A stretch of DNA of 64,000 nucleotides from contig OZ076414.1 of assembly GCA_964187785.1 (NCBI GenBank), forward strand, positions 16,678,001 to 16,742,000, given 5' to 3'. Source of the stretch: Amphiscolops sp. MND2022 (taxonomy: Eukaryota). Every line of letters starts with the position of its first letter. The first letter of the stretch is position 1. The translations under genes were made by a program, and so were the position numbers. This document shows, one piece after another, positions 25,722 through 38,852 of the stretch. The notes under the pieces are model-generated. The model saw only the letters and a program-made list of their open reading frames with translations. It had not been told where the DNA came from and did no database searches.

Positions 25722-25738
25722 CCCGGGTCGGCGGACCA
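25722..25738 (-). promoter_or_regulatory. PBS of BEL element (TGGTCCGCCGACCCGGG; tRNA-Tyr-like by inference); duplicated at 27782-27798
   Basis: Starts with TGG 2 nt after the LTR end (...GTTACA on minus). Confidence 0.7.
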
Positions 25739-27487
25739 AATGTAACGGCTGCTTGCCCTTATCCTGCGCTGAATCTTGACAAACTTCACGCCGCCCTGAT
25801 CCGTTGCTTAGTACTGTGGACCGTTACTAAACAAATCCTGGTTTTCTTGTTATAAAGGACTGTATTTTTTGGCTGATGGGTCCGATGTGACCCGTGCATT
25901 CTCGTGCGATCCCGTTTTACACTGAATTGGATCCGATGTGATCCTGCACAAACTTACCGCTCTGCACATGAGTGTAGCTACTTATTCGCTCTGACTCTAG
26001 CGAAAAGTTGTAAAGATGGGGAAAGTTAATTAGTCTCGCGGTCCTGAGACCCAACTTGAATATAGCTTTTCAGTGAAAAATCTCTATGTAATAGTGGTAT
26101 ACGTATCGTTTACTATTCAACAGTAAAAATCAACGAATTTAGGTAAGTTTAAATACATGACGTTTGAAGCATAATATGAAATTATTGGCTAGGTAAACAA
26201 TTATTATGGAGTCTGACCTAAGTCACTTTGGGTGTTAATAGCTCCAAACCTAGGGGGTTTCGGGGTTGGGTTTCCCGAGTGAAACTTTGGGGTAGCACCA
26301 CGACTATATCTGTGCCCAGTTTCGAGGTGATTGAATGATAAGTTCGCCCGGACAGGGGGTGGTGTTTTTCCCTCAGGCATATTTCTGCTGAAACGTGTAA
26401 TTTTCCATATCAAATCTTGATAAGCTCTCTAAGTATTTTGAGTTAAAGTGTTCATGTTCAAGTCACGTTCAAAATTCAGCTTCTCTTCTGGCAATTGACT
26501 GCCGCCAACAAATGCCTTATGCTGATCGTATAGTACCATTTATTATTTGTCTCTGGTTCACTTTTTGACTACTTGCTGGTCTTGCTCTGTTCTTCGACAT
26601 ATTTTTTTACCTTTAATCCCTAAATTTAATATTTTTGACAAAATACTTATGATCATAAATGAAAACCCCCCCTTTTTGGACTCCTTGCCCTATACCAAAC
26701 TGTATGTGCTCTCATGTCAATAAGTCCTAACAAAGTTCTGTTTATTCCTTGTATTGTACATGTATTCTTTCTTCAAATTGTGTCTGTAGATTTTTGTAGG
26801 TTCTCCAATATAATACATAATCTAAAACACAAAATCTTATTCTTCAATACGCGAATTCTTTATGGAAAACAATTTTTAATTAACTTCAAGAGAGCTTCAA
26901 TTTTTGTTTTGATGTCAGAACGTTTCTGCAGCAATTCTTGACATGGTGCAGCATAATCTTTTTCGGCGACAACTTTGCCATTTGCAATTGAATCCTCCCG
27001 CAACTTTTCGTTTCTAACCATTATTTCATCAATAGCACGTTTCTTTTAGTCAAGACCCAAGTTGTTTAGTATCTGATTTTGTTCTTCCAATAGTGACATT
27101 AGTATTTTCACTCTTCCAATGCTAGTGTTTTGTTGCTGCAACTCAACTAATCGGCTCTGCATTGCTTTGTTCACTGCTGAGAACATTTCGGGTATGTGCG
27201 GGTGGACTTGTCATTGATTGCAATTTCGACTGCCTTAATGAGCCCATCTCCCCTGTTTTTGGCATCTGTTCGTCTTAACAGTAAATCTGCTATCTGCTTG
27301 TCGTCAACATTGCTAGCCAGGTTCTCATCAATTTTTTTGACAGTCTTACCGTGCTCGACAGCTACATTCCAATAACTCATCGTTTGAGCTTTGTCAGCAG
27401 AGTTCTTCAGAAAGTTCTGATCTTGTTGATATCAATCCCTTCAGGTTCTGCCATCTTTTCACGTCTCGATCGAACTCAGTCCCCAAA

Positions 27488-27685
27488 GTCACAATAGCCC
27501 AAACTCCAAGAGTCACAATAGCCCAACCTCCTAGAGACACAATAGACCAATCTCCCAGAGACACAGTAGCCCAATCTCCCAGAGACACAAGAGCTCAATC
27601 TCCAAGAGACACAGTAGCCCAATCTCCCAGAGACACAGTAGCCCAATCTCCCAGCGACACAAGAGCCCAAACTCCAGAGACACAA
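27488..27685. repeat. Second copy of the 24-bp minisatellite (within the duplication)
   Basis: Same units offset by 2060 bp. Confidence 0.92.
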
Positions 27686-28940
27686 AATCAGAGACTCGAA
27701 GATCCATACAATTGTTATACTTGGGCAATCGTCTCAGTTGTCCACCAATTAGTCGTCTTCGTCCTCGTCTTCTTCTTCTTGCCCGGGTCGGCGGACCAAA
27801 TGTAACGGCTGCTTGCCCTTATCCTGCGCTGAATCTTGACAAACTTCACGCCGCCCTGATCCGTTGCTTAGTACTGTGGACCGTTACTAAACAAACCCTG
27901 GTTTTCTTGTTATAAAGGACTGTATTTTTTTGGCTGATGGGTCCGATGTGACCCGTGCATTCTCGTGCGATCCCGTTTTACACTGAATTGGATCCGATGT
28001 GATCCTGCACAAACTTACCGCTCTGCACATGAGTGTAGCTACTTATTCGCTCTGACTCTAGCGAAAAGTTGTAAAGATGGGGAAAGTTAATTAGTCTCGC
28101 GGTCCTGAGACCCAACTTGAATATAGCTTTTCAGTGAAAAATCTCTATGTAATAGTGGTATACGTATCGTTTACTATTCTACAGTAAAAATCAACGAATT
28201 TAAGTAAGTTTAAATACATGACGTTTGAAGCATAATATGAAATTATTGGCTAGGTAAACAATTATTATGGAGTCTGACCTAAGTCACTTTGGGTGTTAAT
28301 AGCTCCAAACCTAGGGGGTTTCGGGGTTGGGTTTCCCGAGTGAAACTTTGGGGTAGCACCACGACTATATCTGTGCCCAGTTTCGAGGTGATTGAATGAT
28401 AAGTTCGCCCGGACAGGGGGTGGTGTTTTTTCCCTCAGGCATATTTCTGCTGAAACGTGTAATTTTCCATATCAAATCTTGATAAGCTCTCTAAGTATTT
28501 TGAGTTAAAGTGTTCATGTTCAAGTCACGTTCAAAATTCAGCTTCTATTCTGGCAATTGACTGCCGCCAACAAATGCCTTATGCTGATCGTATAGTACCA
28601 TTTATTATTTGTCTCTAGTTCACTTTTTGACTACTTGCTGGTCTTGCTCTGTTCTTCGACATATTTTTTTACCTTTAATCCCTAAATTTAATATTTTTGA
28701 CAAAATACTTATGATCATAAGTGAAAACCCCCCTTTTGGACTCCTTGCCCTATACCAAACTGTATGTGCTCTCATGTCAATAAGTCCTAACAAACTTCTG
28801 TTTATTGCTTGTATTGTACATGTATTCTTTCTTCAAATTGTGTCTGTAGATTTTTGTAGGTTCTCCAATATAATACATAATCTAAAACACAAAATCTTAT
28901 TCTTCAATACGCGAATTCTTCATGGAAAATAATTTTTAAT

Positions 28941-31900
28941 TAACCAAGCTCATATTAAACATACCTTTTGATACCGATATGAATGCTTCCAACACCATTT
29001 TTACTTTCATCTCAACAAAGACAAATACGTTCTTTTACACAAGATGTTATACCATACTTACATAAAATCATTTTTCAAATTACCAACCCTCTTCCATTTG
29101 AAATAAAACATTCTTCTCAAAACAATCAACTTATGTTCACACAACCCCGAGACCCTAAAAACAAAGCAAAACCTGAATATAAAGACACTGCTCTTACTGT
29201 CACAGAACAAATAACTCCATCTCAGCTTGTTTCAAGAAACAAAGAGATGATGAAGATAAACGAGAAGAATACGCTCAATCAAAATCCCCTGAAAAGTTTT
29301 TTGTACAGAACCTTCTAATGACAGAACAACACGACGTGATTCTCGATATCGAAGTCGAGGTACATCGCAAAACATTTATCATATACTTATTATAACAAAA
29401 ACAACATCTCACAATAGAGAAATCACTCTACATCTGTAGATCGATTTGCTTATGACAAAAGTATCATTCCTCCCCAATATACTCATTTACGATATGATGA
29501 TTTTAAAAGAGATTCTAGATCTTATTGTTCTACTTGTCGGTATTCGTATCGATATGCACATAGACCTGATTCTCGTCACAGATACATATCTCGCTCGTAT
29601 TATCGAGATAACAACTTATCCAGATACACTTTCCCTTTGATACCACCTTTAAGACCAAGAGATTCTAGATACTCTAGACCTCGATCACAGTCAAACACAA
29701 GAAACAAACTTACCACAATTCAACCTCAAACTCCAAGGATCCTATCAACTTTGAAGTACATATGTATCATCCCATTGAAAAGGCAAATGCTGCAACACCA
29801 ACAAGTTGGTTCTACCAAATATACAGTCACACTCCCCTAATCAAAGTCAACGTGATTTTCAATCACGATTAGAATATTCATTTCTTCTGGACAGGATTGT
29901 TTCCCTTTCTGTATTCAACTATCCTACTCACATCACCATTGCAAAACTCCTCATTATGACGCAAAATGATACATTTAACTCGTACAATCTATACCAAATT
30001 CACATCACTTTATATAAAGACTGCCCATGCTTCTCGAGCATATACAGAAATAATTCTAGAACACAAATAAGTTTAAAACACAACCCGTCTAAAACTGAAC
30101 ACTTCCCAATAAAACACTACTATAATCTTCAGAACTACACCGAAAAAAAATCAGTTTTTTTCTAAATTTCCGCATACTTTTTTTTCTATTAAAATTCGTA
30201 CTTTTATTCCCTTGAAGTCTTTACCCAAGATCAACTTGACTTTTGTGCAACAATCATACTAAACTCTACCAACCATATTGCTATTTTACCTGCAGGACAT
30301 ATTGGCTAAAGAAAAGTTCCAATTACCAATTGAAAAACCTGAATTTTGTCAAGTTAACGTTATTAACTCTTTAATACACAACGTTGCTCAAGCATAACAT
30401 CCAGATATCACTGAATCTATACAACAGAAAATGTATGCTCTACAACAAAATCAAGAAACACCTTCTCTTCCTTCTTTTCCTTCACATCAAGTTTATATGA
30501 CAGATACCAAAGACTACAAGTTCTTCTGTCTACAATGTACAACCAACTTCTCAAACAATTAAACTTCGTGTTTTTCCTTCTCTTCCATATACTGAAGAAA
30601 ATTTCAAATTTGTCAACAAATCTAACTTTCAGTATACTGATCTCACAGATACTGAATATGTTACACATACCAGGTACAAAACACAATCTCAATTTTGCTC
30701 CTGAAAACGTTTCCTTCATGTTACTAAAAGTCAATCTTCTGGGACATGAAATTAGCTTTAATACTACAAAACCCATTCATTCAAAAATTGCTGCTATTAA
30801 AAAACTTCCTTCGCCCACTGGTAAAGTTGCTCTTTTGAGTTTCATAGGTGCACTCAACGTGTATACAACGTTTATTGAAAAAATGCATGTTATTCTTTAA
30901 CCATTTTAGGATCTCTTACATGAAATCACCCCTTACAATTGGACCTCTGAACAAAAGTTTTCATTTCAAAAAATAAAATATTCTCTAACATACGATACTT
31001 AACTTAAAATACCTAACAAAAAATAATCCTTTTTTAGTACAGTTGATGACTCTTTGATTGGATTAGGCGTAGTCCTATTACAACAAAATGAAAGCCAATT
31101 CTTACAGCTCTCGCATCCTTAACCCACAAAAACAAATCTTCTTTACACTTGACCGTGAACTTCTTGATATTGTACATGCACTACAAATCCATCAAGTTCT
31201 CAATATTGTATCTCCACATCCAATCCACCTTTTCACAGATCATGAACCTTTTTTACATTGTTTTACAAAATAAGGCAACCTTCGTCCACACTTCTATCGT
31301 GCTGAAATGCAATTAACAAAACTTTTTGAACTCAAAATTATTCATTTACCTAGATAAAACTGTCTGTTGCTGACATGCTCAGTCGTTTTTTTACTGAAAC
31401 CAAATACAATATATTTACCTCGAACATAAACAACACCCTCCATAAATTTACTCCGCAATATAACAAAAAAACACACTTAAACCTGTACATTGCTTAATTA
31501 AACACGAAGAAGTCTTACCTGATCAAAAACATGAATCTCACCCTATTCAAGCTGCTAATGTCAGAGACCAGTTTTCTCTCCGTTTTATTGACAAAGGTAA
31601 TGATATCATTGTAATTTTCTTGACTCCATTTCCTTTAAATACAATACATCTTTTCAGACAAACGTCAAAACTCCGATAAAATGATTGATAAATATCTTCA
31701 CCAACAATCACTTTACCCAATGACACCGATATCATTAGTGGCGATGAAGATCATATTTATACAAAAATTCCAAAAGATACAACACCGTTCACACCTGAGA
31801 GTATTCTCGTCAACGAAAACTTTACTTCTAGTGTATATTCAAAAACTGATACTATTTCCCATAACGCTATTGTGACACAGCATCCTGTCAAACTTTCTAC

Positions 31901-33790
31901 ACTTTGTTCACAAAGTACCTCAATTTATGGCACATCTTTCTTCAAATGCAAACATTTTTTTCAAGGCTTTCTCTTGCCTGATGATTACTCTTCAGACCTA
32001 CATCCTCCCAGCAACAGCACTCTCAAGATCCAGTACTCAAAACTGTGTATTGTTGGCTTTCTCACAACACCACTAAACCCATTTTTTTAACGCCCCAAAT
32101 CACTGGTACCTTTTCACAACTCTTCATCGATGACACTCCAATCTTACCAGCTTTTATTCGAAAAAAAAACAAGACATTTCTGCAACACCCTTAGACCTGA
32201 ATACGAACATTCCTCAATCCACCTTGAATATTCATCTACCATTCCGCCTATACAAAACAACTCTCAGTAAACTTCATGACCATTGTCACACCTGTCTTAA
32301 AATTACTTACAACAACTTCTCACAGTACTACTACAGTCCTTTGTTGACAAATGGCTTTTAATTTTCATATATGACTGTCTTGAATGTCAAGGTAACAAAC
32401 ATTTCAACCAAAAGGTTCAAACCGATCCAATACATTCTTTTTCTGATTATGATCCTTCTTTCAATCACAGAATTCCAATGGACATAAAAGGTCCTAATAA
32501 CCCTCCTTCAGGGAACAAATCATATATGCATGTCATTGTTGACGCTTTCAGTCATTTTGTTGTCACTGTTCGTACCAAATCAAATATTGCTAAATCTGCT
32601 GTTAAATCACTTCTTAACCATTGGATTATGAAGTTTGGTCCCCCTATGTATCTTGTTACTGATCGTGAATCCGAATATATCAATACTGCTATGGCACAAC
32701 TATGTACTCTTAAGGGTGTTCGTCAATCTCCAAGAACTTCTTACTCCCCTTGGACAAATGGACTAGTTGAAGTTCAAAACAAAAACCTTGGTACACACCT
32801 TCGTATGTTCCTTCAAAATACACCAAACGATTGGGCTCGCCAAGTCCATATGTATGCACATGCCATTAATTCACAACATCTTTCTCCTTAAACGTCTCTT
32901 CTAATGAAATTGTTTTTCACACAAGTCCTCGAATTCCACTCACAGTTGACTTAATCCTCAATCGAGACTTAAACAGAACATTCACATCAGTACAAAACAG
33001 ATCTTAGTCCATTTGTTTTTCGTACACTCTCAAATCTCTTCCTCAATAAGTTCTCCTAGTAGAAATTGCTATGTTACAAATCTATTCCACAGTATAAGAA
33101 TACACTATCCGTAAAATCAACACTCAAGCCTGTATTACAAAAATTGATCATGAAGGAAAACCTTCTCTTTTTGGAGTTTTTGTAATAAAACGTAATTTTT
33201 TACACGTTCAATTTTCAGACAAACTAAAACCACTTCGCATTGGACCACACAGACTACTCGATAGACTTTCTGATGATACGTAAAAACAACTTTCTCAAGA
33301 TGGTTCTACCTTTCATACACATCGAAATAATTTGATACCCTATTATCCAAAAGAACCTCGTTTGCACCCTCATCTTTGTAACTTCATGCGTTTTTCGGAC
33401 CCAATTCAAAATGACATTTCAAAACCAATTATATAATCAAATAGCGACTCATCTCCGTTTAATTCGGATGAATCCCTTTCTGATGAGCAATCATCACTAA
33501 ACGATCTCTCATCATCTTACCAATCAAAGCCCTTGATATCTTCTTCAATATCCAATCACACCTGTCCTAATCCTTCTTTAAATGACAACTCATCTACGAG
33601 ATACAGAAAAAACAACTCACCTTTCAAACAAATAATCAAAACTCATCAAACTATTCAACTCTTCGGCCGATCGCGACATCTCTCTCAAAACCAGTCCACA
33701 ATTGGAAAAAATGTTGAGACTCGTTATAAATTGAGACAACAACCAAGAAATGATTATCATCTCTTCAACCCACCTTCAAAACTTTGAAAA
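28941..33790 (+). pseudogene. Nested Gypsy B gag-pol remnant
   Basis: Zinc knuckle CSYCHRTNNSISAC (29189-29230, His lost) and RS-rich gag tail. Protease-like FLLDRIVSLS. RT thumb and RNase H ELLDIVHAL; the RT catalytic core appears deleted near 30670. Integrase core MDIKGP...VIVDAFSH...LVTDRESEY...PWTNGLVEVQN (32478-32891). Confidence 0.88.
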
Positions 33791-34999
33791 CTCGATAGTA
33801 ATCAGTAACAATGAAACAACTGAAATAAAATAGTCTCCACGAAAATAAAATAGTCTCCACTGAAGAATCATCCTGGGTTCCTCTTCCGAATCATCCCCTT
33901 CTGCTCCGAAGATATCTTTCACTTCAGACTCTCAAACTATTATAACAACTCAACCTCACAATGTAACTCCTGAAATTCTATCCAAACGACCAAGATCACA
34001 TATTACAGATACACCTTCTTCAGTAGCTAAAACAGTATCTCATACTAGTAGACCATCTATATTACTCCCCGTTCTCAATCTCAACCATCACCAATTCATA
34101 CTCCTTTGGTACACATACCAGAAACTGTAGCAAGACTTGTAAACTACAAACAACCCATTGCAATGAAAACAGCTCGTCTTCACCCCAACTGAATATTGTA
34201 CATATACATGATACGGAGGACTCTCTTCTTCCCTCATTACATCTACCTTCAGAATTGAACTCTTCTGATACTTCAAAAAGCTATCTTCCTTCCTCTCAAA
34301 CCTATTCGAAAACATTTAACTTCAATTTCAAATCTTTTAGACACCTGTTCAGAAAACCTACCACGATCTCAAGAGTCTACCAATTCATTTTCCACACCAT
34401 AGATAAAATTTTACACCTCTTTTGTCACGAAGACCTAGTACTGACACCTCACCACTTGATTTGTCCGGTCTATAGAGTAACTCTGCAATAAAACTCTCAG
34501 GGCGACACGCTCAACTACTACTCTCAGATACACACTCTTCGGGCCTTGTTAAACAATCATATTTTACAACTGGTGTTGACACGGCTTCCTTACGATCTTC
34601 CGACGTACAAACGGCATATCTTTCAGGCAACCTATTTCCTGAAGTTCTCATCACCACTCCTGTCCCTGCACACGTGAGACTAACTGATTATTTTACAGCA
34701 GAAAAATCTCAACCTCCAACTCCTAACTGTGCAGACTATCTTTTACGCGTTTACGGTGTAACTATCTACGACCCAAAAACGATCCTGGTTTTCCTATTCT
34801 TACTGAACGTTTCATTGCAACTAACGATTCACTATCAAACAAAAGAAACGAAACAGAAACTTAATGACTACAAAACACTATTTTAGATCCGAAGTATGAA
34901 GATGAAATCAAGTTTCAAGGCCTAAACCCTCTTCCGATATTTTACGTCACTAAAACAGAACAAAAGACTCCGCTTGGAACTCCAGCTCCATTTGAAGTC

Positions 35000-36250
35000 A
35001 TGTATATACAATCTAACAATGATCGTCAATTTTCTGATTTGGCTTATGGCAAAGGTGTCTTTTACAATCACTATTCAAGACCTAAACCTACTCCATCCTT
35101 TTTTACAAAACACTTCTTTCCTAAACATATATTACACTCTTTTTCCTGCCTTCATGTATTACACATGCCATTCCTATTGAACTACCTGGTACAGATAATT
35201 ATCATCCGCCTGATGATCCAAATATTAGAAACCTCATGGTTTTTTCATTATGACTGTGCAGAACAACATAACATTTAACTCAATGAATGTGAAACCATGC
35301 ACTGAAGCTCCATCTAATATACAAAACGCGAATGTTAAAGCACGGATCTATGTTTGCGCAAAAGCTAAATGTATTGAAGCTTTTAAAGGTGAAACTTATG
35401 CTAAGAAAAAAGAAAAATTTGTTTTCAAGGCTCTGTTCAGTATAAACAGAACTGTTCGTAATCATAAGACAATGCCTCTTCCTGTTACTCTTGATTCATT
35501 GGAATGTATAAACCTGATCAGACATGTCAATGGTACTAACAATGAAAGATTGAACAACTTATAAAATAACAAAAACTTCATTTTTATTGAAAATCATAAC
35601 TTCTAAGAAAAACTAGAACAATTCCAGCTTCACTAAATTGTCTATTATATTAACAAAATGTACTCTGGTGCATATACATTTATGCCTTCTGATAAAACTT
35701 GGCTTTTTGATCCAATACGAATCCCTCATCATAACTGTCCCGCCCATCACCAATTTGAAGTTCCCACAATTAGTTTGAGACTCTTCCGAAATAGAACCTA
35801 CTTATGATGACACCGAAAACGTTATGACTTTTGATGGTCATACATCTGCAAACCGACCACAGAATCTTATCTTTTAGTTTGGTTTAATGATGACTTTTGG
35901 CTCATTTTTAGATTACAAGGTTTTAATGGACAAATGACTAAGATAGATGATCGCTATTGGATTGAAACCGATTCTTTTGTACACTCTTCTATTCCAAGCA
36001 AATCTGCCACCTCCAATGCTATTGAATGAACGCCTTTTCCATATGTACATGGTCCACATACACAAAGCCCACACAATCTTATTCTTTCACGCTTTGAAGT
36101 CATTCCACACGCTCAAACATTTTGTACCAAACCAGAATCCCTTAAAGCAACACAACATTCAGACCTTTTTGTTACATAGACTGATGCTTTTACCAAGCAT
36201 ACAGGACAGCCAAATCCTCACTCTGTAATCAATGAATATATCTCATGAAA
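35000..36250 (+). pseudogene. env-like glycoprotein remnant downstream of Gypsy B pol (frameshifted, 3'-truncated)
   Basis: Hydrophobic segment (LHMPFLLNYLVQIIII) then YDCAEQHN...NVKPCTEAPSN...VCAKAKC...LECINLIRHVNGT...HNCPAHHQFEV...FCTKP. Cys-rich, with N-glycosylation sequons NRT and NGT, in the env position. Confidence 0.55.
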
Positions 36251-36439
36251 AATAAAACTAGACACCACTCATAAAAAACATGTTTTCCCTGCACATAATG
36301 TTTCAAGTAGTTTTGTTACAACTGCTTAGGATGCACATAATAATACGATAATAGATTATAAAAATAACCATGTTTTTCGCTTCATGACAGTACAAGAATT
36401 AAACACTCTTCATACTGTATGTTAGGCTCATGTTAACCT

Positions 36440-36804
36440 CCTATAGCCCTTCAGTCGGAACGGGAATACTGGCCCTGACAACGGTACCGACCCGTGACTC
36501 ATCGTTGACTATTAGCAAGCTGCCGGTCCTGGATTGAACCCCAATTGAATTCTTCTCGAGCCCCAGTTTGGACCTTTATCACGGCCTTGACCATCTCGTC
36601 AGCAGAAAGGTTGACGTCCACTTCACTGTCGACACTGGAGGATGACCCCTGGGGCTTTCCACAGGCTTGGTTAGGATGACTTGACTCGGAGTTTGCAGGA
36701 ATCAATGTGTACGCAGATTCTGTTGTTCCAGTAGTATCTTCTGATTGCTTATCTAAATGAATGGGAATGAGATTTCGCGGTGTGCTTCTTTGAACGAGGT
36801 TCAT
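36440..36804 (-). pseudogene. Probable N-terminal part of the same antisense gene, separated by the nested insertion
   Basis: Ser/acidic-rich ORF MNLVQRSTPRN...VDVNLSADEMV... on the same strand. It lies at the far edge of the 19.6-36.4 kb insertion, with similar composition to 19200-19600. Confidence 0.45.
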
Positions 36805-38852
36805 TTTACCGCGTTAGAAACCTTCCGGAAGTAACTTTCAAAACTAACAAGACGTATTTCTTCGCATTCCAAAAAAGAAAGAGGAAGCGACTATGAACAG
36901 AAAAATACTGATCAAGTTTGTATTGTTCAGAAGAAAAATCCAAACCAACATCAAGTTGAAGACATACCTGCCTGCCGCGATGAACTGTACTCTTGTGAAT
37001 GATCCGCGTAAAGGTGGTGAAGTTCGTGGAAAAATACTGGATCCGGCGAGAAACGTGAAGGAACTGCAGTTCTCACGAATAACTCTAAAGATGGCTGGAA
37101 AGTACTTACAAAGGATGGAATTGAAGGTCAAAGTAAAAGAATGTGAAATATTTGGAGTGATGTAGGAACGAGTTGGAGCTCGTGGCTGAAGAAAGTTATA
37201 AGAATAAAATTTTGTGGTGAAGGTTTACTTATATAAATCGTACCTGGAGTCTCCAAACGAAATGTACAAAGGATTATCATAAAATTTACAATTTAGTTGA
37301 TTATGCCCCAAAGAGGCTGTAATGTTTTCTTGCTTGTACCTTGCTTCGTTTTCTTATAATTTCTTTCATTTTGTTTTGTTTTAGTTTGAGTTTTGCCGTT
37401 TTGAATCATTTCGAATTTCTCCTTATTTTCTCCCATTTCATTATTCAGTTTTCATTTTATCAACGGAAAAATTTGTATGGCTGGTACGCTGCTGTGAAGT
37501 TATACGGAGCAAGTCGTTAATTACCCACTTGGGCTGCAATTTTTTGATGATAACAACTTAAGGCATTTTGACGCCTTGTCTGAAGTAGATGGGTATGTTG
37601 GGTAACCGAAACCGCTTCCGAAAGCATTGGTACACATGAGATTCCATTTAAAAATTTCAAAAATCTGTTGGGGTAATTTACCGAAAATTCTAACGCCTGA
37701 TCCAAGTACCCTGGAAATTGCCTCAACTGTCGTAAATGGGAGTTCGTCAGAAGGTTCATTCTATTTTTCATTTTCATCGAAGGCAGTCGGTATTTATCAC
37801 TACAAAGTTGCGAAGAGAGACAACTACAACAAGGCAAGGCAATTGATTGGAGCAGACTACCTGTGCACCAGCTCATCCATCGACTCTGTGACATACATTT
37901 CAAGTAGCGAGAAAAAAAGGGCCTTCTGACAGGTGGGACCCCGACTGGTCATTCGACATCCGCGGAGATGATCCAAAGAATAAAAACTCAAGCGTTGTCT
38001 TGCCCAGTACCCATCGGAGCGAAAGTTATGACAACGGAATGCGACGAACCAGGCCATGGTACCAGTAACGTGAGCATGGATGCTTCTCTTAAACTGGACA
38101 AAAGAGACTTCGACGAGAAGTTGTGCTATGCTCCTGTCAAAGAAAACAGCAACCGCAAGATTGAATTGTGCAGAATTCCCGCCGCTGACTCGCCAATTTC
38201 CCCCCACCACATGAAAGAAGAACAAAATCGGAAACGCCAGTCATGCAACCCCCTGACGCAAGTTTTTGTGTCTCATATCACATCTAGTACACTAAACTCT
38301 ATGAGAACGTCAGTGAGAGGAGATATACAAGTTGCTTGATGTGTGGGTGATCATTGGACTCAATCAACAGAGAGAACAGAGACAATTGAGGAGAGGAACC
38401 TACATTGACAACTTAAACGCATATTCGTTTTTAGTCGGCGCCTTTTCCCTTATGGAAAAAAGCCCGACTTTTACAGTGGATAGTTTTTTTTTCAGCTGAC
38501 AATCTCACTCTGAATGGTCCACTTTTTACAATCTTTTGTTAAATTGTTCCACTAATTTTCTGAGAAGCAGGAGAACGTGAGTTCGATTCTCGCACTAAAC
38601 AACAAGTTTTTAATTCTTCCAAAAGTAGAGGCGAGACCAAGGGGTCCCGACTTTGGGTTTTTTGGCACTGTTCGACTTTTTTTCGAAAATAAGTGGGTTC
38701 TATCAAAGGATACCCCCCTGCATTTTTTGAAGTTTTTTTGAAAAAAAAAGATTTCTCCAAATCATTCCAATCGTTGTTCCTTGAAAATTTTTGAGCATTA
38801 GATATGGCGCCGACTTGGGCCGATCCCGGCTTGTTGTTCCTTCCACTGGCAG

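Larger units (their letters stand above)
20455..26423 (-). mobile_element. BEL/Pao LTR retrotransposon, internally deleted (gag and protease; no RT/RH/IN seen)
   Basis: Related LTRs at 20455-~21332 and 25741-~26423. PBS at 25738-25722; purine tract on minus at ~21333-21352. DUF1759-type gag MPKLKLAEFSGDPLEWPEW. BEL-type Cys/His cluster C..DAHQMRKC...CEVNGCGKPHHRMLH. Protease ALWDSGAS and WAVRTKLGWILS. Confidence 0.85.
24821..28944. repeat. Tandem duplication, 2 x 2060 bp (24821-26880, 26881-28940), near-identical
   Basis: Landmarks are offset by 2060 (LTR start 25741/27801; ORFs 25111/27171, 25652/27712). TAAC occurs at 24821, 26881 and 28941. Confidence 0.95.

Noticed and set aside
20450-26428. 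Target-site duplication for the BEL element
   Set aside because: Flanks AATGC and GCTCT/TAAGC do not match convincingly, and the right-hand LTR ends are not canonical.
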